DNA of 64,000 nt from Lytechinus pictus (lineage: Eukaryota): the NCBI RefSeq assembly GCF_037042905.1, contig NC_087251.1, positions 48,548,001 through 48,612,000 on the forward strand. The letters run 5' to 3'. A program made the position numbers and the translations under genes. The notes beneath the pieces were generated by a model. That model made no database searches. It was not told where the DNA came from and saw only the letters and a list, made by a program, of their open reading frames with translations. Below are positions 38,601 through 53,432 of the stretch, piece by piece (the first letter of the stretch is position 1; each line of letters begins with the position of its first letter).

Positions 38601-41600
38601 TATTGATGTTGAATAACATGGAAATATACGCAGTCTTTCCTCTAGATCCAGATATTTCAAATAACAAATTATAAAATACAAAACAAACTATTAAAAAAAG
38701 ACCCAACAATCTTATTGATGTTAGATAACATGGAAATATAGTGTAGTCTTCTCTCCAGACCCACTTATTTCAAAATGACAAATCATTTCTTAAAAAAGTA
38801 TCTAAACAAAGTAACAATGGCCCCACTATCTTATTAATGCTGAATAACGTTGTTGTTGTTGTTGTTATCTTGGGTTTTAAGGCGCGTACCATTCAGATAT
38901 GAATATTTACATGGAGATATGGCGTAGTCTTACCTCCAGACCCAATTATTTCAAAATAACAAATATCATTTTAAAAATGAAGAGGATATAAGACCCAACA
39001 ATCCTTCAAACTAAGAACCTGTAATAAAATAAAGGTTTAGGGAGTTTTCTTTATTCCAGACCTTGTCATTTTCAAAATTAAGATAAATGAAATCTTCAAA
39101 ACTAAGATTCAGTCATATTCTTGTGCCTGTTCAACATGAATAAGATGATCGGGGGAGCATTTCATCAACATGTTCAACGTCAATGAGAGTACGGGGTCTT
39201 TGTTAATATTGTTAATATTGTTTGTTTTTTATGATTTGCTATTTGAAATAACTGGGTCTGGAGCAAATACTACCCCATATTTAAATGCTGAATATATCAC
39301 AAATGGTGCTTGGTACACTAAGAATTCAAAGTACCGAAAAACTTGTTAAAACGTTATCCCCTCTTGTTAGAATGATTATCTTTTATATAACATCTCATAG
39401 ATCGTCGATCAACAACCTTATCGTTTTCGGGGAGTAACCCCCTATTGTTTGCTGATATCTTATTCCTCAGTTTTTTGTTTCATATGCATTTTAATGTTTT
39501 GTCTTTGTTTTTGCTTTTTTTTTCATAGAAAAAAAAAGAATGAATATACAAGAAATAATAAAAAACGTAATAAAAAAATAATAATAAATAAAATTGTTAC
39601 CCTACTTTTTATACAGTGGGTGGCAAAAATAGTAAATCATGACTTATTGCCAAATTAAAACAAAGAATGGAATGGCTATTCAATGCTGATAAAATTGCGG
39701 GGTCTTTTTTGTGGTTGTTGTTTTGTTTCTTAATGATTTTTTGTGTAACTGCGTCTAGAGGAAAGACTACGCTATATTTCCATGTTATTCAACATTAATA
39801 AGATCGTGGGGTCTTTTTTTTTTTTTTGCTATTTGAAAAATCTGGGTCTGGAGGAAAGATTACGCTATACTTCTGTGTTTATTCAACATTAAGAAGAATT
39901 AATTTTGGGATCTTTGTTCGGAAGATTGTTTAAATGTTTTAAATTTATAAAAATGTTTTATATTCATATATTATCGGGTCTGGAGAAAAAAGACTGTGAC
40001 TTTGCGCTGTATGATGAACGCATTACTATAGGGTTTTAGTTTAGAACAGATTCGCCAAAAATCCCTTCAAATTTATAACATTTGTGGGTAAAGTCATTAT
40101 TACATTTGTGGGTGATCAAAAATTATTACATTTGTGGGTAAAGTGCATTTTTACATTTGTGTGTGAAATTATTACATTTGTGGGCAAAGTGTTATTACAT
40201 TTGTGGGTGTTATTACATTTGTGGGTAAAGTGTTATTATATTTGTGGGCGTTTATTACATTTGTGGGTGTAACACCCCCCCCCCCTTGTGATGACACCCC
40301 TATATTTTAGCCCTCTATTCGAATGACCTTTTCAGAGATAAGCACTTTACTATTTATAAAACTTTTTATCCGTTATTAATAGGTAAACCTATATAATTAT
40401 AATAAAGTTGGATCAATAATAATTGTTCGCATATATAAATCACGTTATCTTTTGGAAAAAAATGAATCAGATCAAAATATCTGATGACCTTTTATCATGA
40501 ACATACACAGGTCCATGAAGATACATTACTCTACAAGTTGCTTTTAAAACACAGAGGTCGGGTAAGTTCGTGTCATTTTCGTTTCTTTTTATATTATTCT
40601 TGAGCAAAATGCAGTATTGGACTCTTGGTCTAGAATATTTGCATGTTTCGGCGTTGCAACAATTTCACAGTTGTTTTCTTAATAGATTTATCAAACACGA
40701 AAATTTGTACTGGATATTTTGAAAAATCTCTTTGCATGCCTTCGACGAATAGGGGGGGGGGGGGGGTCGGCCCACATGCCATCTAAGATGTAATCTACCA
40801 GTAGGGGAAGGCGGGGTAAGTTGAGCATAGGGGCAAGTTGAGCCACCACCCCCAGGCCAATAATGAATGAGTCAGACATTGTGGTGGTGTCATGCATGGA
40901 TGACCCATTAGTCCAGTAGCGTACCGTGAGCCGGAGGAGACAAAGCATTGGGGGGGGGGCACTGCATTGTTCACAGACAATGCAGTGCCCCCCCCCAATG
41001 CTTTGTCTCCTCCGGCTCACGGTACGCTACTGCCCATTACATAACCCTTAATCCCACCACATTGTTTTCAACTTTGAAACAAAAATTACTTTTTTAGCGG
41101 GAAAATACAAATTTCAGCCAATAAAGTAAAAAAGGGTGTGAAATAGATCATTGCTTTTTACCAACACATGTCTAAATATAATCAAGCAATAATCTCAATA
41201 TTGTTAGTCCAGGTATGGATTCTCATTCTTGTCATAGTCTTTTACATGATGGATGCATAAGAAATGTGTGGATGTGAAAATACCGCATTAAGTTCGGACT
41301 GGGGTAATTGGTGCCAGTCAACATGGGGCAAGTTGAGGCATGGTAATTCTTATGGTAATGTATAATAAAAACAAATAATAATTAAAAATCCATTGATATG
41401 CAGGCAAAAAGGAGCAAATCTACATGACAGTTCTTTTACTTTGATATGTTAGTATTTATATAGAATTAGCAAGTGAAAAGACTTTAAATGAACAATTGAC
41501 ATGCTGGTTCTTCCCGCATACATTTTGTACATATTTTTGTGACTCAACTTACCCCAGAAGGTGACATAACTTACCCCATAGATGGGGCAAGTTGAGCCAT

Positions 41601-44600
41601 TTGACATCGTTTTTTTTTTTAAAGGTCACAATGACTTTCAGTGTGGGGGTAGAAAGTTATATATAGGTGAAAAATATTTCCCAAGAATCAAATTTAAAGG
41701 CAAGGTACTTAATACTACAATATTATTAGTCATATCAATTCTAACATGCAAAATGTAAAGTGTCACAACTTACCCCGCCTTCCCCTGTAGTGTATGAACT
41801 TTTATCAAAAATTGAAAATGTTATTGATTTTGCACATTAATGCCCATTTTATGAGGTAAATGGGGGACCCGTTTCATAAAGGACTTACAGCTGCTGTAAC
41901 TTTGTCATTATGGTAACTACCATGGTAACAGGGCTCAGCAGCCAATCAGAATCAAGGTTTCTATGGTAGTTGCCATAATGGCAAAGTTACAACAGTTGTA
42001 AGTTCTTTATGAAACGGGCCTCCGATTGTTTTTATCCTAGCCTCTTAATTAAAGCTGAAAAATATCTTGGTCACGCTAATTTCTGATGATTTCAATTCAT
42101 AATTTCAGTTTATTATACCTTATTGTTTAAGATTATATACCTCATTATTCAAGCTCATACCATTTAAGTATTTATAACAATATGGTAATATATCATCTAC
42201 ATATTTAATTTGAATGTCTTTCAGAATAACAAAATGCCGGTTGACCTGTGTGATGTTGGCCATGTCATCAAGAGTCTTACAACACATGCTTACGAACCCC
42301 TTTATTTATCAGGTAACAAGTTTCCTCATATATAATGCACCAATCAGGAAATACTATTTGATTGTTTTATGACAGATCACTGGTTAGTAAAATGGTTTTG
42401 CTTAATCATCTTAATTCAAATGATAATATAGTTAATAAGCAAACCTTTTAAAAGGTTTCACTAGGACAACAGTTTCTGTGAATGCAACTGGTCTAATTGT
42501 CAGCAGACGATTTAAGTTTATAACATCTTTGGATAGAAATGAATCTAAAACTTTTGACTGAATTAACCATATAAGGGTAGGCTATTTTGACTGGGATGAT
42601 TAAAGTCAGTCTAGAAACGGTAAGGATATGTTTTTATTATACATGTACGTATCAAGAGTAGATATATCAATAAACATTAGTTTCAACATGGACCTACTAG
42701 TAGGTCCATGGTTTCAATGTACATCTTTCGTCCTGATTTCGCTCTCACGGCACATTTTGTGGATAAGTATCATTATATTATATTATAATTATGATCAATG
42801 TGCCGACCCCCCACCCCCCCAAAAAAAAATCACACATGCAAACAACAAATAAAATAACTTAAATTACGAAATAGTTCTGAAATGACAACTCCCTCCCCGA
42901 TTTGAACTTTTCCCTCAGATTCTCAACCCACTCTGAATCCTTGTCGGGAGTTGTTCTTGTGGGCAGTGCTGCAGGATCGGCAGGAGACTGCTCGGTTGTT
43001 CTGGGAGGAGGGCAAGGCGTGGATTGGTGGAGCTCTTGTAGCCAGTCGGATCATGAGAGCCATGCAGAGGTTGGAGACGGAGCCACAGCGGCTGGCCAAC
43101 CTCGAGGAACATCAGAGGTAGGTGATGCAAGTGATGGTTCTTTCATTCCCCCTTCTAGAGGATTGTCTTAGAGGGCGCTTCAAATTCGTCTTCATATTTT
43201 TTTCAATTTTTTCCCTTAAAAAATATTCTTATCGACAAACAGATTTACCCTGTTTTTATCATATTTTTATGCATGAAGTTATGAACATTGAACTTGTATG
43301 GTAGTACTGGTGTCGCCTTCATCATGTCCAAATGACTGGGATGCTGGCAGCCACTGTATGTTTCAGAGTTAGTTTGAAAGCTCCGAGAAGAAAAAAAAAA
43401 CTTTCTACGAATTACTTTTGATATATATTTATATTATGTTCAAATGTTCGTTGTAGGACTAATTCATTTGGTGATTGTACATTTCAAATTGCTGTTTTAA
43501 TTCTCTTGAATGTTACAGTCTGATTGTCCTTAATGTTATTTCTAAAATCTTAAGTAATGGTCAAAATATCAAGAATACTTTATATTTAACAACCTGCATA
43601 TTAAAAAAAGAAGCGTTATAATTCTGAGACCTTTCTTTCATATCTCAATACAAGTATACAAATAAGTTTTTACAGTTTCATTCTAAGGTAATAAACGTGC
43701 TATTCCGCATTTTCTCATCTATCCTTGGATTCCAAAATGAGTAGCATTATTCATAAACTTCTAATTTTTCAGTGAATTTATTTTATATCGTTTCAGGGAA
43801 TACGAGAAACTCGCCGTTGGTGTCTTGGACCACTGCTACAGAGAAGACCGAAGGAGGACTTCACTGCTCCTCATACGAGAAATGCCCGAGTGGGGTAACG
43901 TGTCGTGTTTATGTCTAGGGGCAGCAGCGCACGACAAACATTTCATAGCTCACCCCGCTGTCCAGAATGTTTTAAATGATCTTTGGTCAGGAAGATTATC
44001 AAGGCAGAACGGTCATTGGCAGGTATACAAAGCAAAGTGGCAATGTCTTTCCTACTTTAATTGTAAGCTTATCAAATAAATTTCATCTCTTAAAATGATG
44101 TAACAAATATTTCATACAATATGTATTCAATATTAGTATTTTTTCTTTCATAGAAAGATTTTATTCAAAATCAAACACGAAAGCAATTCAATTTACAGAA
44201 AAATCATGAAGCGAACATGTTTACAACAACTGTACTATATTATCTAATGATTCAACAAAAATTATGATGTTTTTGACTGAGAACCCTTTCAATTTCAAAA
44301 TAGCGTTTCAATACGTTCTTAAAACAGCTAAAACATAACCAATCACCCTTACAACGTGTCAAAAAAATAGCTCAAAATATTTAGCGTAAAGAATATAACG
44401 GTTTATAGTAGAGTATTGAGCGTCAGGGCAACCAAACAATAATGAATTCTTATTCAACCACACGTCATTGTTCAAATAAGAGGTTTGGGAGTTTTGAATA
44501 AATTGTTGAGTTACAGGGCAGTCCCAAAACAGATGTGAAAATTCACTGGCGTAAATCCCGGGGGGGATGGGGGGGATATATCCCCCCCACTTTTCGAGGA

Positions 44601-47600
44601 GGGGGGGATGGCCTGTACAAACATCCCCCCCACTTTTTACGAAAGAAATGAAGAAAAAAATCACAAGAGATAATTGTTTTATTGGTGAAAATTCTTCCTG
44701 AAATACCGCTTAACCCAAATAAAACAATATTATTTAATCATAAAATGCAAATAAAGAGCCAGTTCACCATTTCCAAACGAAATACTTATGTCCTTATTAT
44801 AACATTGAAGAGAAAACCCCGTTTCTTCCAATTCATCAATGTTGGGGTCTTTGGAAAGGAATTAAGATGGAATGTCAAAAATTTTTGAATGTAATCTCTA
44901 ATAAAACCATTAAACCATCATGGGGTAAAAAGATAATAATATTGGAGGGGTATTTGCCATATGGACATACAGTGGCGTAACTACGGGGGGGGGGGGCATG
45001 GGGGGCACGTGCCCCCCAAATCGGCTGACCAAAAAAAAAACCGGGGAAAAGGAGAAAAGGGGGAGAAAGGAAGAGAAACGTAGTGGGAAAGAAGTGATAT
45101 TATTCATTATAATGTTATAATATATTATAACTATGTTATGTTACATTACATAAGAAACATTTTTATCATAACTTTATGAAACATAATTTGCCCAGGGCAT
45201 AAGTCTTCATTGTTCCTGGTGCTCGCATTGTCTGTGTAACGAGATATATAATCCTGTTGTACTAAAACATCCCGTTTTCAAGTCAATATAAACCAAATAT
45301 ATTTCCTAGCACTTGAGTTATCATTGTTTTATGTAGTGACATATGCTTCTTTTTCATGACTCAATAAGTGATTGCCCCATGTTAAGGTCTTCCTATATAT
45401 GAAACATTTCCTGTCCGTGATTACGTTCGCATTAGTGGATTGGTGAGATATGTCTGCTCAACATGAATTCCTAAAATCAGTCCTTAAAATGTCCCTTCTT
45501 CTGATCTGATTATCAAAAATTTTCAGCTCGCGCTTCGCGCTCGCATCATTTGGTTAATGAAATACGTATGGTCCTAGTTAATTCCTACAAAGAAACCTTA
45601 GAATGCCCCACTTCAGGTCTGAATTATCTAAATTTTCAGCTCGCGCTTCGCGCTCGCAATATTTGATTAGTGAGATGCGTATGATAATCATGATTGTAAT
45701 GACTACAAAAAGTGTTTCATGTGTTTTTAGGTGTGAATATAAACAAATTTCAGCTCGCGCTTCGCGCTCGCATTATTTGATCAGTGAGATACATATCTGT
45801 TTAATGACATTGTCCTTAAAATGTCTCTATTAGGTCAGAATAACTGGCAACTGAGCGCGCTCACTCAGTGATTCAAAAATGTTGCTGGTGCCCCCCCCCC
45901 CCCAATACCGTGACCCACGGTACGCCACTGTGGACATATCAATGACAATTCCTTGCATATCTAAAAACATGATTGCAAAAAAAATGCCAAAATATTTCAA
46001 TCATCCCCCCCACCCATCAACACGGATTTACGCCAGTGTGTGAAATACTTTCAACAGAGAAAGAACAAAATGTACATAAATTAGATTCAGACAAGCCCAT
46101 ATCGTAAATAAGTTTGTTTACCCCAATTATCCGATTAAAAAGTTTATATTGAAAGTAGCGGAGTTTTGTTGAAAGACCGCATTTAAAGGGAATCACATAT
46201 AATCTATTCCAATTATTAACCGGTTCATTTAAAATGGATGCCCATTTTGTTTGCGAGGTCGGGGACTTAAGGATTTTACCAATAGAAATTATGTGGATAA
46301 ACTTGCATACCTTAAAAATATTAGTAGCTTGTAGAAAATTCTAAAGGTAAACTACCCTCAGAAAGTTATAATATGAACATTCAAAATGATATGCTTGGGA
46401 GTCATGTTATATGTATTGTCTGTTTCAAAAATTTAAGATCAGTCGTTCATTTTCTAACATACTGTTTTCCTGTATGAAGGCGTTGCATGGATGTTTATGG
46501 TAATTATCACTGTTATCCTTTCTTCCTTTGTATCCATCTTGTTTTAATTCTCCGGATCGCCAGTCGTGGCTGGCCACATTCTTTCCACCCTACGCACTCT
46601 GGGGCATCAGATTTGTAGATGAGGAAAAGGACAGGATCTACAGTGTCACGCTTCAGGTATATAAACGTTCAAGTTGTTATTTTAAAAATGTGATGGTCAT
46701 TCGATGAGTATCACCACATTTGGCATTGATATGAAAAGAGAGTGTGTTGCCCTGTGTCTTCCAATGAATAAAATATAAGTCAGTAGGGGGTATATCTTTG
46801 ATTATGTAAATATTGAGTCTGATTGCTGGTGCACCCAAAATATTTGATCTTGAGCAAAGTTATCAGTTCTTGATAGTTGATACAAGGGTTTTTACATAGA
46901 TCTATATTTTGGAAATATTCCAGAAAAATATTTGTTTGTTTTTTGGTTGTCAACATATTCTGTGATTGTTTTGTTTTGTTTTGTTTTTAAGACTCGTGCA
47001 TCAAAGACACGAGCCTGTGGTCAACTGAAGTTTGATTCCGATGACGAGGAAGATGGTCAGATTGATAAAAGACGAGATTCAATCCTCAGTGACACCGGTA
47101 GCATCACATTCAACTCATCATCCTTTCGAGCCCATGTCCCGGCACAGAACTTCACGTAAGTATATTTGGCTGCGGCTGGCCTTTATGGTAACCATAGGCG
47201 GCAGTTCTGGGAGATTTTTGTTCGACTGTCGACGACAGTCAAATCAACTGAACTGTCGAATAAAAATATTCAGTGCATTTGTTTGCACTCAAACAAGTTT
47301 TAGGGGTGCCTCGATGCTAACTTTATAATCATTGATTGATTGCACCAATGCCATTTTTGTTGTTGCTAATTTTTGAACAGCCTCCTACCGTTTGATGAGA
47401 TGCTCAAACACAAGACAGTGAATTTGGAATCGATTGTGAATCATGAGGAGAAAACCAGAGTCCCATGGACGAAACGATTACCTCTCTTCTTCAGCGCTCC
47501 CGCTATCAACTTCAGATACTATGTGGTAGGTATTAATAACATATAATCATGAATAATTGGTCACAGATCGAGAGTCCGAAGGATCGTCATTCCGAATATA

Positions 47601-50600
47601 CGAATACTCCTATAAGGCACGAACACTCCAAAAAGCCTCCGAAGAACTAACGACCGATCGATGGATTTATTATTATTTTTTGTATTGATGGGTTGGTTGA
47701 ATGTTTTATTGAATTTTTTTTTAATGATGGGTTGACTAAATGATTGATTGATTGGCCATCAATAATGAAGGCAACTTTTGATGAAACTAGTGGTCTACTG
47801 ACCAAATTGGTATTTTGTTTCATTGACTATCATGATCTCCCATGAATAAATTGCTTGATTGATTGATTAGCGGAGTGATTTATTTATTGATTGATTAACT
47901 GAGTGATTTATTTATATATTTATCTATTAATTGATTGATTGATTGACTAATTGGTTCATTGACCGATTACGTGATTGATAAGTTGATTGATCGATTGGTT
48001 GATTGACTGATTGAATTATTGATTGATTGGTTCAATGGGGGCATCGTGGTCTAGTGGTTAAGGCTCTCGTCTTTTAATCTGAAGGACGTGGGTTCGATTC
48101 CAAGTCATGACGTGTTTCCCTTCAGCAAGAAATTTACCCACATTGTACTGCACTCAACTGAGGTGAGGTAAATTGGTACCCAGCAGGAAGTAATTCCTCA
48201 AAAAGCTGTGCGCACCAGAATCGGTAGACTAGCTTAGCCGGGGTAATATAGGAGCGCCTTGAGCACCTAGCAAGTTGGATACGTGTGCTATACAAATCCT
48301 ATATCATTATTTATTATTCATTGAACTGTTCATTAAAATGGTTGATTGTTGGCTCACTTTACTAATTTACTACAACCAACAACTTCGGAGGAGACAGACT
48401 TGTTTAAATAAGTAAACGCTTGAATGATTGATCGACACCCAATCATCAAACTTTCAACAAGGCTAATTCATCTTTTTTTATGAATATTCCAATGTGTTTT
48501 TTTCTTCAATACTTCCAACAGATGTCGCACATCGTATTTCTTGCCCTGTTCAGTTATGTTCTGCTGGTTGAATTCAAAGCGGAAGCGACAATTACAGAGT
48601 ATGTTCTAATTGGTTGGGTCGGGACACTGGCAATCGAGACTATCAGACAAGTAAGATTTTTTTTTCTCTAATCGCTTCTTCAATCGTTGTAATGAAATGA
48701 AATTGGCCATAAACCATAAATCAACCATAAATCAGTTAATTTATTAAAATTTGGATTAGTCACACTTTATAGGAATAAAAAAGAAAATGTCGAGCGACTC
48801 AGAAAACCTAATGAGAACGGGTGAAGAATTAATGAAAGTCCTATGAACTAAATGGAAAGTTAAACGTGTATTATTTTGTTTAAAACCACCTTTAGTTGTT
48901 TGACAATCTATAAACTAAATTGTATTTCCAAAATAAAGCTAGTCGAAATAACTTATTGAACAAAATTGGTATGATACTACAAATCAGAAAAAACATGCAT
49001 GGTGTATGACTGAAGTTTTAAATCCTGAGATAAACTTAAACTTAGAATAGTTTACCAAGAGATACAACCTTATCAATTCACTGAGATATTATATTGAGCT
49101 TAAAAAACTCACTTCCTAAGCTATAAAAGCATGAATGACTTTCAGACTTGGTCAACAATAACCCTGACAAATACCTGACTGAATGCAGAGGAAATTCAGC
49201 GAGAGTTTCAAACATAAGGGAAAAAAACACTTAAGGTTTCAAGTTCGAGGTTGATTTAAGCATGAGATTCGCACACTATGCAATCTCGGTGAAACATCCA
49301 ACATGTCAATTTTGACAATATGAAGAAGAAGAATTGCTCTTTCATATAAGCTAATTATCTCATTTTTTTAATTTCTGGAGACCAAATTACTATCATGGCC
49401 ATTTACAGAGAACCTTCACTGGTGACTTATTGTTGGTTTGGTGTGGTTGGTCACAAAATGATCCCAATGAAATAAGAAAAGAAAAAATGCTTAAAAAACA
49501 AGCACTCCGTTTGTTCTTAAAAATAAATTTTTTGTAGGGGGGGGAGTATTGGGAATCTAGATAATATTAAATAAAATAAATTTGAAACAGAATAAGGCTC
49601 ACGGACATCTTATAAATACTAGCTAAGAAAGGTTCATATTTCCAGAAATGAAACTTTTGAATTCATTCAAATCATTTCAGGAGAGCTTTCATTAAATGAC
49701 TTGTCTGACGTTTTATCCGACAAAGTCTGTTTTATCCGACAGGTACCATGGCAACAGTGCTTCTCAGCCAATCAAAATCAAAGAAAATAGATCAGACAAC
49801 TTGTCAGACAAAATTGTTGATGAAACGTTTCTCTGGAACACCCTCATCAGAGGAAGTGTCATTTTACTGAATGTGATGAAGTTCATGGAAATGACAATCC
49901 CTGATTTAGATATCAACATTACCATAATTACTCAAACAAAGTCGTTTGTTCTTCTTTGTAATTCAGATGATTTCCATCGGCGGTTTCTTCGACTGCCGTA
50001 AGTTCATCCAATCGTGGCTTCTCAACTACTACTACCTCGTCGACGCCGTATGCGTCATCATGTTCGCTGCCGGCACCGTCATCCGACATTACCCCGGCAT
50101 GCTCGATGCCGCCCGGATCGTCCATTCCCTGACGCTCGTTACATTTTATATCAGGCTTCTCCACATTTTCTCAGTCAACAAGCACCTCGGACCCAAGCTC
50201 ATCATGATTATGAAAATGGTAAATTTTTATATTTCTTCATTTTTCCCGTCTCGAAATACGATCACTGTTACGATACTAGTAAAAAAAAAATACCACAAAG
50301 TTCAATGTCAATCATGGTGATACATAATTCATAAAAATAGGTTTAAAAAATAAGATAAATAGGAGCTTATCTCCTCTAAGCCAATCAGATGCAAGGATTT
50401 GTAGAAACACCCGTTGGTAAAATTCCAATCAAAACTTTTCGTGAAACGCTCCCCATGTATTATACAATTCGAATACTGAAAATAAATTGTGATGAAAACA
50501 ATTCAAAAATTAAATTGACACTTCTTGAAGACGTCCACATCCTATTTAATTGCTGTGCTCGACAACTTTAAATACAAATGATAATCATTTGATGATTAAA

Positions 50601-53377
50601 CAGAAAAAAGTGCCCTTTCCCAACTCTAAAACTAGCCCATTTTCAAGGTTTATCTTTCTGTTCCTGTTTCCATTGATGCATTTTTCAAGTTCTGTTAAAG
50701 TTTCTCTTTATTTTTTATTTGAGACGAAATATTTAGACTGCTGACAGTGTATACATATTCTTAAATTTCTAAAGGCAATATTTTAAATTCTTATTGTGCA
50801 CCCTTTACCCCTAATAATTATTCAATAAGATATATTAACAATCATAACAACAACCAGCGATATATAGCTGTTGCTACAATTTTAGCGAGTCGATTATTTA
50901 AATTTAATCCCCTTTTAAATGATCATTTTTATTTTTAATCATCATGTGATCATGTAGAACAATGGCCTCCTCCATTCTAAACTTTCCTTGATTTCTATTA
51001 AAGGAGAATGAAACTCTTGGAGCAAGTTAGCTTTTGAGAAAGCAGAAAATCAAAGAATAAGATTAACAAAAGTTTGAGTAAAATAGGACTAGCAATAGAA
51101 GAGTTATGAGCATTTGAATGTCGAGATCACTAATGCTATGGAGATTCTCCTATTGGCAATGCGACCAAGATCTATGATGTCACAGATGAACAACTCTCCC
51201 CTTTTGGACGCTGAAAATATACCCCAAAACATCTCTTTTTGCTCATTCTAATCATATGACAAACGATTCATCAATGATATAATGTTGTGAAACCTCTGTA
51301 CTTGTCCCCTCATAAAGAGAACGCCTCACCTTGTGATAGACTCTATAAAAGTGAGAATATAAGTGAAATAAGTACTAAAGTAATGAGGGAGTTGTACGTG
51401 TGTGACATCACAGATCTTGGTCGCATTGCCAATGCGAGGATCTACATGGCATTAGTGATCGCAATATTCAAATGCTCATAACTTTCTTATTATTCATTCA
51501 ATCTTCCTCAAACTTTCAACAATATGTTTCTTTGATTTTTCTCTTTGATATGGATTCAGCTGGTTTCAAGGGTTTCATTCTCCTTTAAAGGAAATAACAA
51601 GTTATCATTTTTTTTTGTCTTGCACTCCATAGATAAACGATCTGTTAGTATTCATCTGTATCTTACTGGTGTTCCTATTAGCCTATGGTATAGCATGTCA
51701 GGCAGTCCTCTTTCCTCACGTCACTGATACTAAACAGATGATGAAAGGCATCTTCTATAGATCATACTTCCAGATTTACGGGGAATTATTCCTGGAGGAA
51801 CTCGAAGGTTGGTTTCAGCTGCATGCATGGTCGATAATCTATATACACTCTCAAAACACAAAAGGCGAAAAGGGTGGAAAAGGGCCGAGGAGTAATAAAA
51901 ATTCAACATTTTCTACTAAAAAAATGCTATCACTCTTCGATCCTTTTAAGGGTGATTTACCCCATTCAACCCTTACATATTTCTAGAGTGTATGAATATA
52001 ACAACTGAAGTCCATAGTAGTTTTTTTTCAATTGTCATGAAAAGAAATATGATTTTTGTGTCTGCCCAATGAATATTTTGGATAGTTTTTCATACATTTC
52101 GGGTACTTTTGGATGGAATTCTGAAATAAAGATGAGTTCATGCATGTAAAGCAACAATATCCCATGCTTATCCTCTTTATATACGGTAGGTATATCGTTA
52201 TTTTGTTAGGTATGGCGATGCATTTTGTTTTGATAAGATGATCAATACAACAAAATAAATACAAAATAGTCTCCTCAAAAGGACGCCACCCTGCATATCT
52301 GGTCATTTACAGGGTGGCGTTTTATTTCAAAAAGGCTTGCCGTTCTACTATCTCTACTTTGAAAAGAAAAACAATTTCATTTTTGTTTATTTTCAATAAA
52401 GTATGACAAGAGACATAGGGAAAGGACAACAAGTGCATGGTTTAACTGATGAGATGAAAATAACATTTTTAAAATTTGCCTCATTCACTGGCGGATCCAG
52501 GGGGCACAGCCAACCCGTACCCCCCTTAGCAGCACAATTAAAATGTGTAATGTAAAAATGCTGTTAAAACAGAAGTGTGCTCCCCCCCTTTTTTTTTAAG
52601 TGAAGACCTTTTTTGGCTTGTCAAAAAATTTTCGTGGACGTAATACCATTCATTTTTGTTACAACCCTTTTTTTTTAATCCTGGATCCGCCCCTGGCCTC
52701 ATTAATATGGGATTACATTCGTTAAACAGATTTTGTGTTGTTTTTTCTTGAATCTGATTCAGAATCAAGGCTGTTTTTTTTTACACATTTATTAAAGTAT
52801 ATATCACAATCGCTTCTTAATGTTTGTTTTTTTTACGGAAATTAACTTCTCATCAAATTCAGGACGCAACGATTGTTCAAACGAGGACCCACAGATGGAG
52901 CCCTGCCCAGCCAATATGTGGTTTGGAACAAGTATTCTTGCCGTATATCTCTTCATCAGCAATGTTCTTCTCCTCAATCTCCTCATAGCAATGTTAAAGT
53001 AAGGCAAAATTTTATTGTATATTATGTGACAAATGAGTATAATTATGAATATAAGAATGACCCGAGTCCATCTCTTGGCCAGATTGAGTTAAACTTTGGA
53101 TATTTTACATAAGCCAGACTTGTGTGTAATTAATATTTCAGAATTACATCCAAACGTACCAAAAATGAATGACAAAAACGGACCTAAATCCTTACTGGAC
53201 ATACACAAAATTCATTCTGTTCTATTTCTTGGTTTACTAAACAAGAACAATCATTGGGCTAATATTCATTGTACAAAATCTTTCTAAATTGCCCTTTTTC
53301 TGATGCACCCCAAAGTCACATGTAGTATCAGCACAAGAAGTATAAGTTGTAGTACATGTAGTAGGAGAAGTAGAAGA

Positions 53378-53432
<55 letters not shown>

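Larger units (their letters stand above)
44150..46440 (-). mobile_element. Old L1/Tx1-like LINE 3' fragment interrupted by nested MITEs
   Basis: With the insertions removed it reads [17 protein letters not shown]...[21 protein letters not shown]...LLFG, the CxxC..HLFWxC C-terminal knuckle of L1/Tx1 ORF2. Confidence 0.8.

Noticed and set aside
40073..40274. CRISPR-like array of ATTACATTTGTGGG repeats
   Set aside because: Spacers are only a few nt long and related to each other, there are no cas genes, and the context is a eukaryotic intron.
42902..43171. ORF-track 89-aa + ORF
   Set aside because: Wrong frame; the real exon (ELFLWAVL...) is in another frame at 42919-43117.
48037..48110. tRNA gene
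   Set aside because: Poor stems, followed by CORE-like and LINE-tail segments; it is a SINE head.
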